Source of the DNA: Ilumatobacter sp.
GTDB taxonomy: Bacteria; Actinomycetota; Acidimicrobiia; Acidimicrobiales; Ilumatobacteraceae
DNA: 64,000 bases
Assembly (NCBI GenBank): GCA_045106645.1
Contig: JBGCEY010000039.1
Location: 1,701 to 65,700 of the forward strand
Reading direction: 5' to 3'
Below, piece after piece: positions 18,696 through 28,202 of the stretch (within the stretch, counting starts at the first letter, position 1; each line of letters begins with the position of its first letter). The notes below the pieces were generated by a model. The model ran no database searches. It was not told the origin of the DNA and saw only the letters and a program-made list of their open reading frames with translations. A program made the translations under genes and the position numbers.

Positions 18696-19469
18696 ATGAC
18701 CGTTTCACCGTCGGCCCCACCCATCGGCGATCTCGTCGACTTGAGCGGCCGGAGAGCGCTCGTCACCGGAGGTGCCAAAGGCATCGGCGCATCCATCGCT
18801 ACTCGGCTGGTCGAAGCCGGTGCGACCGTCACCGTCGCGGATCGAGATGCGGTGTCATCTGAACAAGCGGCTGACATGGGCGTCGCCGCTGTTCGCTGCG
18901 ACATCACCGATGCAACGCAACTCAGCGCTGCGGTCTCGACTGCTGCGGGTGACGCTGGCCTCGACATCGTCGTCAACAACGCCGGGATCTTCCCGACCAC
19001 CGGGCCATTGAGCAAGGTCACCGACGAGTTCGTGCACACCATGCTGGATGTGAACGTACGCGCCCAGTTCAGCGTGGTGCGCGAGGCCGCTGCGGCCATG
19101 GGAGCCGGCGGCTCGATCGTGAACCTCGCGTCGATCGCCGGGCTCGGCGGTGGTGCAAACATCTCCGCCTACGCCGCATCAAAGGCTGCCGTGATCGCGA
19201 TGACGAAAGCTGCGGCGATCGAGTTGGGGCCTCAGGGGATCCGGGTCAATGCCATCGCCCCTGGCATCATCGACACCCCCGGCGTGCAGGACCAGATGGA
19301 GCCGCTTCGGGCGGGCGGTCTCGACATCGATGCTCGGATCAGCGCCAACCCGGTCGGCCTTCGCGGTCTGCCGGATCACATCGCGCGCGGCACGCTGTTC
19401 TTGGTGTCCGAACTTGCAGCATTCGTGTCCGGCCACGTGCTCGTGATCGACGGCGGATCCACGGCGTGA
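18696..19469 (+). CDS. SDR family oxidoreductase
   Basis: TGGAKGIG, NNAG, S...YAASK catalytic motif. Confidence 0.93.
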   Translation: MTVSPSAPPIGDLVDLSGRRALVTGGAKGIGASIATRLVEAGATVTVADRDAVSSEQAADMGVAAVRCDITDATQLSAAVSTAAGDAGLDIVVNNAGIFPTTGPLSKVTDEFVHTMLDVNVRAQFSVVREAAAAMGAGGSIVNLASIAGLGGGANISAYAASKAAVIAMTKAAAIELGPQGIRVNAIAPGIIDTPGVQDQMEPLRAGGLDIDARISANPVGLRGLPDHIARGTLFLVSELAAFVSGHVLVIDGGSTA

Positions 19470-20743
19470 CCGACACCTCTCAGACTCCACCGCATCTCTC
19501 AGAAGCACTCGTCGAACGACTGTCGCGCGACATGCACTACGAGATGAACCGCACCGGACCGCCCGAAGGCTTCCCCGCGTTTCCCGACATCCCGTCAGAC
19601 CGCTACACCAGCCGCGAGTTCTACGAACTCGAGCAAAGACATCTCTGGCAGAACACCTGGATCTGTGCGGGTCGCGAGAGTGACCTGGCGGACAACGGCA
19701 GCTACTTCCTGTTCGACGAGCTCGGCCCGCCGCTGATCGTCATCCGTGGCAAGGACGGCCAAGTCCGCTGCTTCTCCAACACCTGCATGCATCGCGGTGC
19801 TCCCGTGGTGCGTGAACCCACCGGAACCGTCCGAAACCTGCGCTGTCAGTATCACGCGTGGACCTACGACACCACGGACGGTCGACTCATCGCAGTGACC
19901 GACGAGCGCGACTTCCCAGGTCTGTGCAAAGAGGACAAAGGGCTGCCGCAGATCAGCTGTGGTACCTGGGGCGGTTGGGTGTGGATCAACATGAACCCCG
20001 ATGCGATGCCGCTGATGGAATTCCTCGGCGAGTTCGCCGTCGAGATGGCCCAGTTCCAGCCCGAGCGACTGCAGCTCGTGGGCACCGACCATCGGGTGAT
20101 CGACTGCAACTGGAAGGTCGCACTCGAAGCGTTCCAGGAGGTGTACCACTTTCGGTTCATCCACGACCGGGACGGCAAGAGCACGCTCGATTCGCGTGGC
20201 GGGACCATGGGGCTGCTCCCGAACGGCAATTCGCGCATGGTGGTTCCGTTCTCGAAACACATCCGCGAGGCGGCGGGAATGCAGTCGATCACCGACTTCA
20301 AGAAGATCCCGAACTCGTTCGGCTTCGAGGCGATCGACACCGTGCATCCCATCGTGTACTCGACGAGCTATGCGTTCACGGTCTTCCCGAACGTGATCAC
20401 CCCGGTGAGCGCGACGGGTATCCCTTGGTTGGTGTTCTTTCCGGATGGGCCGGGGCGGACGCATATCAAGATCTACCACTTCGCCACGCCCGAGAACATC
20501 GGCGACACCGACGCATGGGAACGACGCATCGCCGGGTTCGCTGCGCTGATCGACGAAGACGTCGAGAATCTGAACCCGATGGACCGTGCGATGAATTCAC
20601 CGCTGTTCCACAGCGTCCCGATCTCGTATCAAGAGCGCCGCCTCTGGCACATGAACGAGACGATTGACCGCACGATCGGCGTGGAGCGGATTCCTGAAGA
20701 GTTGCGCGTCGCGCAACTCCTCGGCGACCACATCGAACGTTGA
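19466..20743 (+). CDS. Rieske aromatic-ring-hydroxylating oxygenase alpha subunit
   Basis: CMHRG...CQYH Rieske site; NWKVALEAFQEVYHFRFIH and DEDVE mononuclear Fe site. Confidence 0.92.
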   Translation: MTDTSQTPPHLSEALVERLSRDMHYEMNRTGPPEGFPAFPDIPSDRYTSREFYELEQRHLWQNTWICAGRESDLADNGSYFLFDELGPPLIVIRGKDGQVRCFSNTCMHRGAPVVREPTGTVRNLRCQYHAWTYDTTDGRLIAVTDERDFPGLCKEDKGLPQISCGTWGGWVWINMNPDAMPLMEFLGEFAVEMAQFQPERLQLVGTDHRVIDCNWKVALEAFQEVYHFRFIHDRDGKSTLDSRGGTMGLLPNGNSRMVVPFSKHIREAAGMQSITDFKKIPNSFGFEAIDTVHPIVYSTSYAFTVFPNVITPVSATGIPWLVFFPDGPGRTHIKIYHFATPENIGDTDAWERRIAGFAALIDEDVENLNPMDRAMNSPLFHSVPISYQERRLWHMNETIDRTIGVERIPEELRVAQLLGDHIER

Positions 20744-20759
20744 CCCGGCCTGGAGCAAC

Positions 20760-23320
20760 TCAGTCGGGTTGGATCACCCCGGCCAGTTCCAGAATCTTCG
20801 TGGGTGGCAGATACTGCGTGGTGACGCGAGCGTTGTAGGGCTTCAGTGCATCCTCCACGGCATTCGTGATGGCCGCCGGAGCACCGATCATGCCGCCTTC
20901 GCCGACGCCGCGAAAGTCGTTCTCGAATCCCTCGGAGTGAGTTTCCAGGTGATGCACTTCCACCTCGGGGATCTCCATTGCCGTTGGTAACAGGTAGTCC
21001 ATGTAGGTGGCGGACTGGAGGTTCGCATCTTCGTCGTAGGTGGCCTGTTCGTACAGCACCGCGCCGATGCCCTGCGCCACCCCGCCACGAACCTGCCCAT
21101 CGACGATTGCGGGGTTGATGATCGGGCCGCAGTCCTCCACTACGAGGTAGCGGGGGAAGGTCACCTTGCCGGTACCGAGGTCGATGTCGACGATGCAGAC
21201 GTGCGTTGCGACCGACCAGCCGCCGTCGCCGGCACCGTCATAGCTGTCGCGCACTTCGAATGGTGCGCCGTGACGCTCGCCTTTCGCGCCGTCGGCAGCA
21301 GCCTGCTCGGCAACAGCTGCGAACGTGAGACCGCGAGCTGGAACTCCGGCCACGTGGATGTTGCCGTCGATGATGTCCACATCCTCGACGGAGCACTCCA
21401 GCATGTCTGCTGCCTTTTCCACGATCTGGCGACGCACCTCTCGCGAGGTCTTGCGCACCACCCCACCGCCGACGGGGCCACCTCGGCTGCCACCGGTGCC
21501 GAGCAGGCTGAAGCTGGTCTTCTCGGTGTTGCCATAGACCAGCTTCACGTTCTCGATCGCCACGCCCAACTCGTCCGCGGCAACCTGGCCGTACGTGGTC
21601 TCATGGCTCTGGCCGTGCGGCATCTGCGAGGTGTAGATCACCACCGAGCCGTCGGCTTCGACCGTGGCATGGCCTTCTTCTGGGGTGAGCATGCCGGTGC
21701 CGGGGTGTACCGAGTCCCAGTAGTTGGGCGGACCCGGCGCCGCTTCGTGATACGAGGCGATGCCGAGCCCGAGGCAATGGCCACGAGTCGCCGCTTCGGC
21801 CTTGTCGATGTCGAACTGCTCCATATCGATCAAGCTGAGCGCGTGCTCCAAGGTCTTGCGGGTCGACATCGTGTTGTCGATGGTGGGGCCGGTGATCATG
21901 GCGGTGGGCATGTCGTCCTCACCGATCATGTTCTTCAGCCGGATCTCCGCAGGTGACATGTTGAGCGCAGATGCGGTGACGTCGATCATCCGTTCGCGAG
22001 CCCAGGTCTCGTTGGCCCAAGGTCCGCGGTATGCCACGTACTTGCCCTTGTTGGTGGCAACGATCCTGGAGCGGATCTCATAGGCATCCCACTTGTAGGA
22101 GCCGGGGAACATTGCCTTGATCATCTTCGATGTCATCGGTGCACCGACCGGGAAACCGGGGTACGCACCCTGGTCGATGACCATGTCGACGCGCAGTCCA
22201 CGGAACGTGCCGTCGTTGTCAACGGCAATCGACACGGTGATGTCTTCCTCGCGGGCTTGGCCGCCATCCATCAGGTTTTCGGTTCGATCCTCGATCCATT
22301 TCACCGGTCGGCGAACGGCGATCGCCGCAGCTGCGACGGCGATGTCCTCGCGTGCGATCGAGCCCTTCGCGCCGAACCCACCGCCGATGTCTTGGGCCTT
22401 CACAGTCGGGTAGTCCGACTTGCCGAGCAGGCCGAGGCCGATGGTGTTGGCGTGCTTGAGGAACGATTTGTCGCGCTTGAGCTGTGATTTTGTCCCAGCA
22501 TTGTCTTGGTTGGCCAGTTCGTCTTTGTTGGCCCCCATGAACTCCTTCATTCCCGAAATGAAGCCGCTTCGGCGTTCCTTGTTCGTGGCAATCGCCTTGA
22601 GCGATGCCCGGATCGACTGCTTGTCGGTCAGCGCCGCCACGATCCAGCGGAGCATGTGGCTGGACTGTGTGGCGTTGTGGATGGTCATGTGGCCGTCGGC
22701 GTCGAAGTCCACGAGGCTGCCGCGGGTTTCCATCGGCTGGTTCGATTGACGCTGACACTCGAAGCGTTCCGTGATCACGCGGTCGGCTCCGGCAAACACC
22801 GAGTCGATGTCGCCGAACGTGTCGGTGTGGTCCATCATCACGTTGCCGTCTGCCTTACTCCAGAGCGGCTCGGAGGTCGGCGAGAGTGCGGCGGCGATGT
22901 CGGCGACGGCATCGAGTGGCTCGTAGTCGACCTCGACGAGCTCCACTGCGTCCTCGGCGAGCGCCCGTGACTCGGCCAGCACGATGGCGACGGGGTCGCC
23001 GACGAGGCGAACCTTGTCCACGCTGAGCGCGTGGTACAGCGGTGTGTACAGACCCGGCAGCATCAGGAACGGCGGGAACGGATGCGTGGTCGCCTGCATC
23101 TCGGCGCCGGTGATCACCGCTGCCACACCGGGCGCCTTGCGCGCTTCGCTCGCATCGATCGAGGTGATCGTGGCGTGGGCCATCGGGCTGCGAACGAACA
23201 CCGCGTGGAGAACGCCCTCGGGATCGAGATCGGCAACGTACTGTCCGTTGCCGCGCAGAAGCCGGTCGTCTTCGACGCGTCGAACGCTCTGGCCGACGAG
23301 TCCGCTTCGGTTGCCGCTGC

Positions 23321-23324
<4 letters not shown>
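20760..23324 (-). CDS. Molybdopterin-binding subunit of a xanthine dehydrogenase/CoxL-like enzyme
   Basis: RRVEDDRLLRGNGQYVAD, DIGGGFGAKG, PHGQSHET, GTGGSRG and GVGEGG motifs; active-site loop AYRGPW; ATG at 23324. Confidence 0.92.
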
Positions 23325-23850
<526 letters not shown>

Positions 23851-23854
<4 letters not shown>

Positions 23855-24729
23855 ACGGAGACTCCAATGCGGTTGTTCGCTGCGGTGAGTCCACGCACGG
23901 TCAGCGTGGCAGCGAGGTGTTTGCGGTATGCGGTGCTGCCGTGGATGTCAGCGGGAGGGGTGAGCTCGGCGGACACGATCGCCGCGGCGGCGGTGAAGGC
24001 CTCGTCGTTGGCACGAGTTCCGATGAGTGCTTGCTCGGCCGAAGTCACTCGAACAGCGGTTGAGGCGGCGCCGAGAAAAGCCAATGCCACGTCGGTGATG
24101 ATGCCGTCGTCATCGGCTTGCAACTTCGCCACGAGGCCGACCAGCGCATAGTCGCCGTGGCGTCGGGCCACCTCGGTGACCGAGCCAACAGCGTTGCTCG
24201 GCCACGCAGGGAACGTGACCGAGGTGAGGATCTCATCGGCTTGGAGCGCGGTGTCGAGGTAGCCCTCGAAGAATGCGTCGGCCGCGATTCTTCGAGTTCC
24301 GCGGACCGACGTCGCGTTCATGCTGGCCTGCGTGGCCAACACGACGGCAGGCATCTCTGCTGCTGGGTCGGCGTGGGCAATGCTGCCAACGACGGTGCCG
24401 CGTGTACGAATGGCCCGGTGCGCCACCCACGGCATTGTTTGGGCGATCAGTGGAGCGTGCTGGACGATCGTTGGCGAGTTCTTTGCCTGCTCGTGGCGAA
24501 CGAGCGCGCCGACCTTCACCGCACCGGAATCGTCCACGTCGATCGAATCGAGCCCCGGGATGCGGCCGATGTCCACCACGTGCTCGGGGCGACCCATCCG
24601 CAACCCCATCAGCGGAATGAGGCTCTGGCCACCCGCCAGGACTTTGGCGTCATCGCCGTGCTCGCTGAGCAACGCAAGCGCCTCATCGAGCGTGTCGGGC
24701 CGGTGATACGTGAACGGCGGTGCCTTCAT
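23851..24729 (-). CDS. FAD-binding subunit (CoxM/CutM-like)
   Basis: AKVLAGGQSLIP, IRTRGTVVGSIAHADPAAE, DIHGSTAYRKHL. Confidence 0.95.
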
Positions 24730-24812
24730 CGCCAGATCCTCACGTCGCCCACCATGAAAGTCAATTCGCCGCAGCAGGTGAAGCGAGCGCCGACAGCTAG
24801 TTTCGGCCCTTC

Positions 24813-26000
24813 ATGACCTACACCTTGTACGGCGCTCCGGTTTCTCTCTACACGGGCAAGGTCCGCTCGTACCTGCGGTCGCAACGTGTCGACTTCGTCG
24901 AGATGTCGCCGGGCAGCGATCGGTACCTGAACCACATCGTGCCAACCGTGGGCCGCTGGATCATCCCGTGCTTGGAGACACCGAGCGGTGAGGTCATTCA
25001 AGATGGCGCGGACATCATCGACCATTTCGACCTGGGGGAGGGCCAGGCACACCGCCGGCATTCTGTTCGACCTGACTCGCCGACGTTGCTGGCGATTTCC
25101 CACCTGTTCGAGATTTTTGGTGGAGAGGGTTTGCTTCGGCCGGCAATGCACTATCGCTGGAATTTCGATGATCAGAACCTCGAGTTCATCGTCTCGGAGT
25201 TCGCCCTCAACATGCCCCAGGCACTCAGCGAGGCCGAGGCGCGCGAGATGTTTCTGCACAGCAGCGGCCGCATGCGCAAGGCTGCGGTTGCCTTCGGTGT
25301 GTCACACGAGTCGCAGCCGCTGATCGAGTCGGCATTCGAGGAGTGGCTCGACCTGTTTTCGGCCCACTTGGCGGACCATCCATTCCTGCTCGGCGGGCAC
25401 CCAACGCTTGGTGACTACGGGCTGATGGCCGCCATGTGGGCGCATCTCTTTCGCGATCCGACGCCGTCTGCGCTCATCAAGCAACGGGCTCCTCGCGTCG
25501 GTCGCTGGGTCGAGCGGATGAGCACGGGCGAGCCGTACCTTCACGAGTACGACGGGGTCGACACCGAGGCCCTCATCGATGACGCCGAGATTCCCCAGAC
25601 TCTGGTGGCGATGATGCGCTTTGTTGCCGATGAGTACCTGCCCGAGATCGCCGCCCATGTCGAGGTCGCAAACCGTTGGCTTGCTGACAACCCGGACATC
25701 GAAGCCGGCACCAACGGGCTCGAGGACCCAGCGCGGCGCTCGCTCACCGATCGCGCCCGAGGTGGAGCGGGGACCGCCACGTTCGACTGGCGGGGCATTC
25801 AGATCACCACCGGGGTGATGCCGTACCGGTTCTGGCTGCTGCAACGGCTCCATGACGATCTCGCAGTCGCGAGTGCAGCTGACCAGTCGCTGGCACGTCA
25901 GGCGTTTGGCGCAGGTGGTCTGGAGACGCTGCTCGACCTGCGGACCATTCGTCGGGTGGAGCGCAGTGGCCACCTCGAGGTGTGGGGTCCGGTGATCTGA
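24813..26000 (+). CDS. Glutathione S-transferase-like protein with extended C-terminus
   Basis: LYGAPVSLYTGKVRSYL...IPCLETPSGEVIQDG N-terminal domain; PFLLGGHPTLGDYGL C-terminal motif. Confidence 0.8.
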   Translation: MTYTLYGAPVSLYTGKVRSYLRSQRVDFVEMSPGSDRYLNHIVPTVGRWIIPCLETPSGEVIQDGADIIDHFDLGEGQAHRRHSVRPDSPTLLAISHLFEIFGGEGLLRPAMHYRWNFDDQNLEFIVSEFALNMPQALSEAEAREMFLHSSGRMRKAAVAFGVSHESQPLIESAFEEWLDLFSAHLADHPFLLGGHPTLGDYGLMAAMWAHLFRDPTPSALIKQRAPRVGRWVERMSTGEPYLHEYDGVDTEALIDDAEIPQTLVAMMRFVADEYLPEIAAHVEVANRWLADNPDIEAGTNGLEDPARRSLTDRARGGAGTATFDWRGIQITTGVMPYRFWLLQRLHDDLAVASAADQSLARQAFGAGGLETLLDLRTIRRVERSGHLEVWGPVI

Positions 26001-26106
26001 CGCGGAGCGCAACGTCGGGGTGAACGGGGGTGTCGTCGATGGAACACCGACGCCTCGGCAGGTCGTCCTCGGCCGTGTCTCGACCGAGAGGGGGGTGGAA
26101 ACTCGG

Positions 26107-26586
26107 TCAGTGGATGAGCGGGCACTCGTTGGCGATGTCGAGCACGGCGTAGATCCGTCCGATGCCGATGCAGAACCCGATGGTGGCGCTCAGCTCGACG
26201 ACTTCGGCGTCGCTGTAGTGCTCGCGCAGCCGATCGATGAACTCGTTGTCGATGTCGGTATGGGTCAGCGCGAACCGCTCGGCGTATTCGATCGCCAAAC
26301 GCTCACGATCGCTGAACGACTCGACGTCGTCATACCGCTCGACGGCGGCGTATTCCTCTTCGGTGACGGTTGGCTGCGCTCCCGGCGCGGCTCGTGTGTC
26401 CAGTCAAATGTCGCACGCGTTGATTCGCGCGATTCGCATCCGCGCCAACTCGCGCTCCCGGGTGGACAGCTGGCTGGCGTACATGGTGCGGCTGAAGCTG
26501 CCTGCCGCCTTGTACAGATCCGGCGCCAGCTGCCACATGCGGGTCTGCTCGGTGTCGGTGCCCTCAGGCAATTCGATTCGCGCCAT
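26107..26586 (-). CDS. AhpD/carboxymuconolactone-decarboxylase-like protein with in-frame TGA (candidate selenocysteine, CxxU)
   Basis: One frame from ATG 26586 to the stop at 26107, with a single TGA at 26406-26404 in RERELARMRIARINACDI*LDTR. The downstream FSDRERLAIEYAERFA...YSDAEVVEL is the CMD C-terminal half. Confidence 0.75.
26373..26391 (-). promoter_or_regulatory. Candidate bacterial SECIS hairpin
   Basis: mRNA +13..+31 after the UGA reads GC-C-GCGC[CGGGA]GCGC-A-GC. The apical loop starts 20 nt after the UGA and has GG at loop positions 2-3. Confidence 0.45.
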
Positions 26587-27029
26587 CAACTGACCTCCGT
26601 GTCGGGTTGAGTCAAAGCTACAACGGCCGTTCCCGTCACCACGGCTTGGTCGTCGCGCATGAGCCGCACCTCGCAGATGGCTCGCTGCTCTCCATCGACG
26701 AGGTCGATCGACGTGACGGTGCCGATGGCGGTCACGCGATCATGGTCGAGCACGGGGCGTCCGAACGACACCTGGAGACGTCGCACGCAGGTCGGGCCCT
26801 GCCAGGCCAGCAACATGTTGGTGATGTACGACAAGTTGAGCGGGCCCTGATTGATCACTCGCTCGCCGAGTCCGATCGGCATCTCGGCAACGGCCGTGCG
26901 GTCCCAGTGGACCGGGTAGGGATCGCGCAGGATCGCTGCCATGGTCTTCATCCGTTGGGGGTCCACGTCAGCCATCACCCACTCGGGAATCTCGTCGCCG
27001 ACCTGGACTGCACTCGCTCGAGCACTCAT
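26586..27029 (-). CDS. MaoC/hotdog-fold dehydratase
   Basis: ILRDPYPVHWD...VINQGPLN...LQVSFGRPV. Confidence 0.85.
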   Translation of the reverse strand: MSARASAVQVGDEIPEWVMADVDPQRMKTMAAILRDPYPVHWDRTAVAEMPIGLGERVINQGPLNLSYITNMLLAWQGPTCVRRLQVSFGRPVLDHDRVTAIGTVTSIDLVDGEQRAICEVRLMRDDQAVVTGTAVVALTQPDTEVS

Positions 27030-27454
27030 CGCCGCAACCTCCAGTGGTTGGTGATTCGAGCTGCTGGTTCACCGTCGGGCGTAGACAATTCGATCGAGAA
27101 AACGAACCGGTCGTATGTCGCGCCGGTCTCGGTCTGACAGCGTTCGGTCTCGATCACACCTCCGTCGAAGCGATACTCGACGCCCTCGCGTAGCGGCTGG
27201 AAGTACTCCCAGTCGTAGCCGTCGAGGCCGACCGATCCGGCGCCGACAACGTCGCCGAGTGCGAACAGCTCGGCAATCGAGGTGTTCGCCCCTTGGATCG
27301 GAACGTGGAACAGGGCAACCGGATGAACCAGTTGGTGCGCGAATTGCTCGCGCCCGGTGCAATCCGTGAGGAGCCAGTTCTCCCAGTGTTCGATGGTGCG
27401 CATGCCTCCGGGGAACCGGTGTCCCACCAGTGCTGCGAGCTCGTCGTCGGTCAT
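27026..27454 (-). CDS. Hotdog-fold (FAS1-like/MaoC partner) hypothetical protein
   Basis: MTDDELAALVGHRFPGG...HPVALFH...WEYFQPLREG; overlaps the MaoC start; ATG at 27454. Confidence 0.6.
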   Translation of the reverse strand: MTDDELAALVGHRFPGGMRTIEHWENWLLTDCTGREQFAHQLVHPVALFHVPIQGANTSIAELFALGDVVGAGSVGLDGYDWEYFQPLREGVEYRFDGGVIETERCQTETGATYDRFVFSIELSTPDGEPAARITNHWRLRR

Positions 27455-27499
27455 TCGTCGAACGTAGCGGAGCGCAGGTCGCTCGTCGTCGTCGCAGTA

Positions 27500-27518
27500 T
27501 TGCGATTTCAACTCGCAA
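27500..27518. promoter_or_regulatory. Inverted repeat, probable TetR operator
   Basis: TTGCGA-TTTCAAC-TCGCAA in the divergent intergenic region before the TetR gene. Confidence 0.55.
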
Positions 27519-27548
27519 AAGACGTGGGCACCGATGTAGGTTCGCGAC

Positions 27549-28202
27549 ATGGATGCCGAGACCCTTCCAGCTGTCGACGGTCGCCGAGCGCGTCGCGACC
27601 GCAGTCGGGCGGCAGTGATCGATGCGGTGTTCGAACTGGTCCACGAGGCCAGGGTGCCGCCCGCCGCCGACGAAGTTGCGGAGCGCTCTGGCGTCTCGGT
27701 CTCGTCGATCTTTCGGATGTTCGACGGACTCGACGACATGCGCAACCAGGCGTTCGATCAGTTCGACCGGCGCTACGCACATCTTGTCGTGACCGAGTTC
27801 GATGCATCGCTCCCGCGGCAGGAACGGATCGACGGCCTGGTGCGATCTCGCGTCGAGCTGTATGCCGCGTCCGGTGCACTGTTGCGCCTCGGGCGGCAAC
27901 GGTCGCTCGATCATCCCAACGTCGCTGACCGGATGAGTGCGCTGAGCTCGGTGTTGGCGCAGCAGGTCCAGCACTGTCTCCGCGTCGAGACCACCACGCT
28001 GTCTTCGGCCGCCGTCGGCAACCTCGTTGCAATGGTGGACGCCACCACATCACCTGACGCGTTCGACCTGCTGCAGGCTGTGCACGGCCGAAGTCGTCGC
28101 CAGGTCGAACGAACGTGGCGACGTGGCGTTGGCGCCCTGGTCGCCGCGTGGTGCAACGAACCAGCCGAACCAACGCCGATATCGCAGGGAGTGAACTCAT
28201 GA
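27549..28202 (+). CDS. TetR family regulator
   Basis: DGRRARRDRSRAAVIDA...EVAERSGVSVSSIFRMF HTH. Confidence 0.9.
   Translation: MDAETLPAVDGRRARRDRSRAAVIDAVFELVHEARVPPAADEVAERSGVSVSSIFRMFDGLDDMRNQAFDQFDRRYAHLVVTEFDASLPRQERIDGLVRSRVELYAASGALLRLGRQRSLDHPNVADRMSALSSVLAQQVQHCLRVETTTLSSAAVGNLVAMVDATTSPDAFDLLQAVHGRSRRQVERTWRRGVGALVAAWCNEPAEPTPISQGVNS

Noticed and set aside
26001-26106. Hairpins 3' of the CxxU gene as an archaeal/eukaryote-style 3' UTR SECIS
   Set aside because: Bacterial SECIS elements lie immediately after the UGA; these short stems between convergent genes are better explained as terminators.
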